Assembly: GCA_040285855.1 (NCBI GenBank)
Contig: JAUFOQ010000017.1
Coordinates: forward strand, 496,001 to 560,000
From: Eukaryota sp. GEM-RC1
Taxonomy: Eukaryota
Length of the DNA: 64,000 bases
Direction of reading: 5' to 3'
Shown here: piece by piece, positions 58,261 to 64,000 of the stretch
How the letters are laid out: every line of letters starts with the position of its first letter
Position numbering within the stretch: position 1 is the stretch's first letter
Program-made: the position numbers and the translations under genes
Notes under the pieces: generated by a model
The model's database searches: none
What the model was told of the DNA's origin: nothing
Seen by the model: only the letters and a program-made list of their open reading frames with translations

Positions 58261-59664
58261 ATGCCAGAATATACAAAAACAAACGCACAGCAGTTGGAGG
58301 AACTCTTTCAGTCTTTTAAACCTACTGGAAAGGAGTTTGATGAGTCAGTTCTTGGCCCTGACGCCGATCTCATTTCTTCAGACTCACAACTATACCGATC
58401 TGATGATACTTTCGAAGAACTTGGTGTACCGGAAGATATCCGTAGAGCTGTCTATGACGATCTTCGATTCACCACTCCTTCAGAGATTCAAGCTGAGTCA
58501 ATTCCAAAGGTGATGGACGATCCACCTTCCAGCTGTCTTGTTCAGTCACAAAGTGGTACTGGTAAAACCCTTGCTTTTGCACTTAGTTCTTTGATGAGAA
58601 TTGATCGAACCAACTTAGTCCCCCAAGTTCTTGTTGTTGGTGCAACTCGTGAAATTTCCCGCCAGATCTTCAGTCTGTTCACTACTCTTGTAAAACACAC
58701 AGAACCAGCTATCAAAATTTGTCCCCTGCTTCGAGGTGGAAGAGGAGATTCTGATCCCAATACTGAAAACATTGTAACATCCCCCAGTCAGGCTCACGTC
58801 ATCATTGGAACTTGTGGAACCATCCAACAAACTCTCCGAAAGAAGGAACTCTCCCTTCAAACCATCACTGTCTTTGTCATTGACGAAGCTGATCAATTGC
58901 TCCAGGAAGATAAAAGCCGAGATCATATATTCCAAATTCTCAAGGTACTTCCTGATTCCTGCCAACGACTTCTCTTCTCAGCCACCTTCCCTGAAGTACA
59001 CCGCACGTACTACCTAGAAATTGCTAAGAAGCCAGCAGGACGACCCAAAATCATTATGAAGAAAGAGGAGGAGCTTCCTCTTTCATGTATTCTACAAATA
59101 GCCCTGAACACCACTTCTAGAGACGGAAGACTTGGAGTCCTTGGAAAGATCATGCAGGACTATTTCTCCATTGGTCAAGCCATTATTTTCGTTTCAACTA
59201 GAGACCAAGCTGGCAAGTTACACGCTGCTCTAACTGAAGGACTCGGATTCGAATGTGGATTAATGACTGGTCAAGTTGAAAACAGAGATGAAGTGTTCGA
59301 TGCATTTGCCGAGAACAAGATTCAAATATTGGTTTCTTCTGACGTTCTACATCGTGGAATCGATGTACGTCACGTTGTCTTTGTAATCAATTATGATTTG
59401 CCATTTAAACGAGATGGCTCTGTTGATTTTGCAAGCTACATCCATCGAATTGGGAGAACTGGTAGGTTTGGAAGACGTGGAATTGCCATCAACTTCACTT
59501 ACGACGAGGAGGGTAAGTCTCCTTCTTCCACCCAGGCAGCTATACTGGCTATCAGGAATCACTATCATAAACCTCTTCCATGGGTTTCATTGGATGAACC
59601 AGACCAATTGAAAGAGTTAGTGGACAAGGTATCAAATGAAGAGCGATTAGGTTCACAACAGTGA
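58261..59664 (+). CDS. DDX19: DEAD-box RNA helicase DDX19/Dbp5 (mRNA export)
   Basis: QSQSGTGKT, DEAD, LLFSAT, RGID, INYDLP and YIHRIGRTGRFGRRG.AINF. Confidence 0.9.
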   Translation: MPEYTKTNAQQLEELFQSFKPTGKEFDESVLGPDADLISSDSQLYRSDDTFEELGVPEDIRRAVYDDLRFTTPSEIQAESIPKVMDDPPSSCLVQSQSGTGKTLAFALSSLMRIDRTNLVPQVLVVGATREISRQIFSLFTTLVKHTEPAIKICPLLRGGRGDSDPNTENIVTSPSQAHVIIGTCGTIQQTLRKKELSLQTITVFVIDEADQLLQEDKSRDHIFQILKVLPDSCQRLLFSATFPEVHRTYYLEIAKKPAGRPKIIMKKEEELPLSCILQIALNTTSRDGRLGVLGKIMQDYFSIGQAIIFVSTRDQAGKLHAALTEGLGFECGLMTGQVENRDEVFDAFAENKIQILVSSDVLHRGIDVRHVVFVINYDLPFKRDGSVDFASYIHRIGRTGRFGRRGIAINFTYDEEGKSPSSTQAAILAIRNHYHKPLPWVSLDEPDQLKELVDKVSNEERLGSQQ

Positions 59665-59903
59665 TGAAGTATTTGATTTAATAAAGGTGTAATACAATAA
59701 ATTACGTTTGAAGCAGATACAGTTTGCAATGAAATACAATGTACATGATAAAGAAGACGTGAGCAAAAAATAATAAAAACTACAGGAGACAAAACGTAAG
59801 TCACTCAAACCATGATAAGCAGCAGTAAATACAATCTCAACCAAAAACCAACATAAAGACTAACATAAACAAAATACAATAAATATTAAAAATTCCGTTA
59901 CAA

Positions 59904-60575
59904 TTAAATAAGATCCACTCGTCCCTCCAACACTAATGATCGGATATAAAAGTAATTCAGCAAGTACAACATCCCGGACTGTAAATCCTGTGTATTCCCA
60001 TCGCCACTCACCAACCATTCTCCAATGTCTTCCCTCGGCTTAACAAAGACAAACTGGTTGAGGTCAATGTCTTTCACGTAGGACACAGTGAGCGTTTCAT
60101 CATTAAGGTCAAGGTCTTGCATGGTTTCGTCATCAATGTACTGTAAAAAGTTGTTTTTAAAGTGACTCATCATTAATTCATAATAACCAAGAAGAAAGGT
60201 TTGCTCAATGTAGTTCATGTTGAGCCATTGTTGGTTGTTTTGTGTGAGAGAACTTTGTTTTGATAGTAGTAGCCAATGTTTTTCTATTTTGGAGATGCGA
60301 ATAGCATGGTAGTCATTGAGAAGGAAACGTATGCGGTCCACTTCGAAGACATAGAGACTAAGAGCGAGTTTTGCTAGATCAGAAAGAGTATGAGTTTCTT
60401 CAATAGCAAGATGTTCTTCTTGTTGTTCTATTAGCTGTTTATAGACGTCCATGAGATTATGTTGGTAAGGAAGAAGCTCAGGGGCATGCTTTTCATTCAT
60501 CCATGCCCTTTGAAGGTCTGCAAGAGAAGAAGCATCAACAACAGATCCTTCGTTATCTGATAATTCGATATCCAT
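59904..60575 (-). CDS. GINS4: GINS complex subunit Sld5
   Basis: AWMNEKHAPELLPY, E.DRIRFLL..Y...RI.KIEK and terminal IR.LV.EG.VDLI. Confidence 0.92.
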   Translation of the reverse strand: MDIELSDNEGSVVDASSLADLQRAWMNEKHAPELLPYQHNLMDVYKQLIEQQEEHLAIEETHTLSDLAKLALSLYVFEVDRIRFLLNDYHAIRISKIEKHWLLLSKQSSLTQNNQQWLNMNYIEQTFLLGYYELMMSHFKNNFLQYIDDETMQDLDLNDETLTVSYVKDIDLNQFVFVKPREDIGEWLVSGDGNTQDLQSGMLYLLNYFYIRSLVLEGRVDLI

Positions 60576-60621
60576 GCTGTGAAAAGGTGTAAGAGAAGTG
60601 TTACAAAAGAAGAGTGTAAAA

Positions 60622-61102
60622 GGTTATCATCAGATCTTGTCAGGAAATTATCATGGATTTCACGACTGTTAATCCTTGTAATTCAAGATCAATTTCCAAA
60701 TTTTTGATGATGATTTTTCTGCTCTTGAAGTGGCTGAAAAAGGAAAAAATACAAAGTACTGTCACTTAATTAACCAATTGAATGTTGACAGGTACAATTC
60801 TTTGTGTTTCAACCTTTTGCGATGTCGATATACGGTAATATTGGACCAGCTTCACAAGGTTTTTTTACTTCCTTTGGTAAATTGTGTTCTGAGTACGGTA
60901 AAGTTTTCAGTGAAAACTTTTGGTTGAGTTTGTTAATGTTTGCGTTGTTTCGTTCAATGCACAGATATTGTAATTCAATTTTAGGTAAGTTGTTCGGTGA
61001 TGAACAGAAGGATCATAGTTTAGATACTTTGGTTAGTGTCTGTTAGTTATTAACTTCTGCAAATGCATTTATTTCACTGACTGATCATAAACCACGTTTT
61101 TT
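60622..61102 (+). mobile_element. 5'-truncated CRE-like retrotransposon, family A copy 3 (T6 tail)
   Basis: Near-identical to 11460-11940 and 23647-24624; TSD agtgtaaaa (60613-60621, 61103-61111); inserted 46 bp upstream of the GINS4 ATG. Confidence 0.9.
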
Positions 61103-61331
61103 AGTGTAAAATGAATCTCATTTGATATTTTGGAAAAAAGTGTTTAGATAAAGAGACTTAAAATAACAATCAAAATATATTTGATCACTAATAATCAAAT
61201 AATTTGTTCTTCTTTTACACATCAAGAGAAACCCAAATGCTCAAAGAACATCATAACATGAGAGAACATTTTAGTATAAATAGTTTGAAATTACAGATAA
61301 ATAAACATTTATGAACACATGTACAATGACG

Positions 61332-61883
61332 TTAGAGGAATATAACCTCAAACATTTGTAAAATAAAGGATAATAAAAACAACACAAGAAAGAACACTAA
61401 CATCTGCTTCTTAGCAGCACGTGCTTGTTCAGGATTTGGAGTTCTTGGACTCCTTGCCAAGAAAGGATCTTCAGCAAAACCATGATGAACAGGGTGATGG
61501 AAAGGTAAACCCGAATGGAAACTGAAAGAGAAAGGGAAGACGCCTGAAGCAGCTACTCTTGGACCAAAAACAGGGTGGGAAAAGTGGACCCGTTGTTGGG
61601 CTGTACGAGTAGAACGAGGAGTGTAGTCACAAGTTGGAGGACGAACTTCAGTGTCGTCGTCTTCAGGTACTGTTTCTCTTTCAGGAACGCCATGAATTCT
61701 AATACAATCAGAGATATTGATGGAATTGTTGCAGACAGGACAGGAACTGTCAGTTCTGGTCCACGAAGAAAGGCATTTGAAACAAAAGATATGTCCACAC
61801 TTTGTCGTGACAGGTTGAGAAAACTGTGGGTCTAAGCATATCGGACAGCTCACAAAACTAGTCGCAGGAGGTGAAGACGTCAT
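61332..61883 (-). CDS. C3HC4 RING E3 ligase with C-terminal TM anchor (RNF5/RNF185-like)
   Basis: CPIC...PVTT.CGHIFCFKCL..W.....CPVC, RP motif and hydrophobic C-terminus. Confidence 0.85.
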   Translation of the reverse strand: MTSSPPATSFVSCPICLDPQFSQPVTTKCGHIFCFKCLSSWTRTDSSCPVCNNSINISDCIRIHGVPERETVPEDDDTEVRPPTCDYTPRSTRTAQQRVHFSHPVFGPRVAASGVFPFSFSFHSGLPFHHPVHHGFAEDPFLARSPRTPNPEQARAAKKQMLVFFLVLFLLSFILQMFEVIFL

Positions 61884-62313
61884 CCCGCAAAAGGAATTTT
61901 TCCTATCTCAGAAAAGAATTTTGCTTCAACGGTCTATTGCAAGAATTGGAGTCGTCAAAGTTGGAAAACTGTAATATTTAGAACTACAATGTACTAGTAC
62001 TAGTAATCGTGTATTGTAAATTCAAACAAATAACAACAAAACAATGTTGAACAAGTAAAACTACTCAATTTCCAAAGATTTACTAGATAATGATTTTCCA
62101 AAAGAAAGGGAAACAAAGAAGGTAAAGTTAGATACCACATGTTTCTTGGAAAATTTGAAATCCACTAATTCTAAATATTTCAACAAGCACTTTGAATCAA
62201 TTAATGAGGTTGATTATGGATTAGTTCAAATAACTAACACTATCAGGACAACAAAGAAACAAATCTTCAAAGACTTTCCCCATGGTCAGAATCAAACACT
62301 TTTAAAAACAGGT

Positions 62314-63672
62314 TTAATATCGACGACGTCTATAACCATGACCACCTCTAGTTTCTCTTCTTCTTTCCTTGACAAAGAGTAAAGTAAAAGAACAGAAAGG
62401 ATTATGAGGAGTGGAATTCTTTGATTCATGACGTTTTCTAGCATTTTCCTGAGAGATATCATCAGTTCTTTCCAAAAGGAAACCATGACCCTCAATCAGT
62501 TCAATCCAACGAGCTCTACTTTTGTAAAAAGCGGAAAAAGTCGATATCCAATTAGGATCATCACGAGGATTTGACCATACTAAATCATACAAACCATGTT
62601 GAAAATCAAATAATTTAGAATAATTCTCATTCTTTAAATCATGTTCTCTGATAATAAACACTCCTTCAGGTTTCAACACTCTAAATACTTCTTTAAACAA
62701 CACCTCAGGGGTTTCCACGTGATGCAAACACATCAAACACGTAACAATCCCAAAAGAGTTATCATCATAGGGAAGAGTCGTACCATTAGTCCTAGAGAAA
62801 ACGAATCCTTTAGAGTAGCCAATGTCTCTAACGTCACATCCATGAGTGTTTCGCTCTAATGTGTTGTTGACGATCCCAAGAGCGCCCGTAATTCCTCCCT
62901 CAGCACATCCAATGTCGAGTATAGGAGCTTCCTTAAGAGAGAAATGACGAGGAACTAAGCAGAGGGTGGTCTTAGCTCTGGAAATGGACCTCCCATCGTT
63001 TGGATCAGCAACGACGTTTCTACAGGGAGTAAAGTCTGGAGCATGGATGAGGTGGTGGAGGTGGTCAAAGATTTGGTGGTCGGGTAGGGTGTGGTTAGAG
63101 TCAAGGTAACGTGTGATGTCGTTGAATTTTGAGCCCGACCTTTTGAGAAGAGCTTTGGCTCGAGGGAGGAGGTCCTGGTCAGTCCAAAGGTCAGAGATGA
63201 GGTGAGTATCTGGGGTAGTTGACTGAGAGAGGAAGAAGAACTGTAGAAAGAAATTGTCGTGTTCAAGGGACTGTGAGTTGTATGTAGAGACGTCGTTGAA
63301 AGAGAGTTGGGTGGAAGAAATGAAGACAATGAAGGGAAGGTTATCGCTGAAGAAGGAGTTGATGTCAATATCAGAGGGAGTATCAGAGGGAGTATCAGTT
63401 ACAAAGATGGCACAAACAGGTTTTGGAGGGATTGCTGCTTGAAGAAACTCTAAGAAAGGAGTTGAAAGGGTTTCAATTTTTGTGCAATTGAGCTCAGATG
63501 GTGTTGAACTATAGACCTTAGTGAAAGACTCGCATTCAGACAAATCATCAAGAAATGAAGACGGAGGATTTAAGCAAGCTATTTCACGAGAGGTTGACCG
63601 TTGAACATCATATCCAGATGGTGGACATAGGAGATGCTGTTGTTTTTCGATAGATTGAGAAAGAGAAGTCAT
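62314..63672 (-). CDS. Class I SAM-dependent methyltransferase (C-terminal domain)
   Basis: ILDIGCAEG, LPYDDNSF, CLHHV and RVLKPEGVFIIREHD. Confidence 0.85.
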   Translation of the reverse strand: MTSLSQSIEKQQHLLCPPSGYDVQRSTSREIACLNPPSSFLDDLSECESFTKVYSSTPSELNCTKIETLSTPFLEFLQAAIPPKPVCAIFVTDTPSDTPSDIDINSFFSDNLPFIVFISSTQLSFNDVSTYNSQSLEHDNFFLQFFFLSQSTTPDTHLISDLWTDQDLLPRAKALLKRSGSKFNDITRYLDSNHTLPDHQIFDHLHHLIHAPDFTPCRNVVADPNDGRSISRAKTTLCLVPRHFSLKEAPILDIGCAEGGITGALGIVNNTLERNTHGCDVRDIGYSKGFVFSRTNGTTLPYDDNSFGIVTCLMCLHHVETPEVLFKEVFRVLKPEGVFIIREHDLKNENYSKLFDFQHGLYDLVWSNPRDDPNWISTFSAFYKSRARWIELIEGHGFLLERTDDISQENARKRHESKNSTPHNPFCSFTLLFVKERRRETRGGHGYRRRRY

Positions 63673-64000
63673 TCAGTATTAAATTGCAAAATTTTCTAAA
63701 AGGAGTCTTAATGTGACCCCGAAAAGTAGCATCTACATGTAGAAGTAATTATTCTAAAGTTAAGAATCTTAACCTTGCTGGATACTAGTAGGATAGAAAT
63801 GACAAAAACACCAATTTATTTCAAAAACATTTACAAATTTGATCACGATAATTAGAGTTGAACGGGATTTTTCTTGATAATTGTTAAGAAAACATCATCC
63901 AATCCACTCATATTCACAGTGAAATCCATAATATTAAAAGGATTTCCAGAATTCGAATCCTTCATAATTTCCAAAAATTCTAAAATTTCCTGTGCCTTTT

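Overview
This is a gene-dense, AT-rich eukaryotic (protist) window. It has very short GT-AG introns (26-31 nt), tiny intergenic spacers and flagellar/basal-body genes (OFD1-like, Tctex-type dynein light chain, WDR17). The combination suggests a free-living flagellate, possibly a metamonad, but the organism cannot be identified from this window. Housekeeping genes include CAPZA, LplA, Tpt1, the EF1B-gamma C-terminal domain, a cyclin, UNG, DDX19, GINS4, a RING E3 and a DENN protein. Several genes look prokaryote-like: a GH13 amylase, a nitroreductase, Acr3 and three small membrane-protein paralogs. Many ORFs are split by single-base frameshifts, often in homopolymers, probably from long-read assembly errors. 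Intergenic DNA is rich in mobile elements: five hAT-type elements with exact 8-bp TSDs, one TA-flanked MITE, and several 5'-truncated CRE-like (RLE) non-LTR retrotransposons, one family ending in T6 rather than poly(A). The main highlights are: (1) a Fanzor1 (TnpB-like RNA-guided nuclease) gene at ~27.1-29.9 kb, invisible in the ORF track until two inserted hAT elements are removed, with a candidate omegaRNA hairpin behind it; (2) a membrane protein fusing three H-type lectin domains to a processive GT2 polysaccharide synthase; (3) a Schlafen AlbA_2 domain fused to a degenerate DEAH/RHA helicase.
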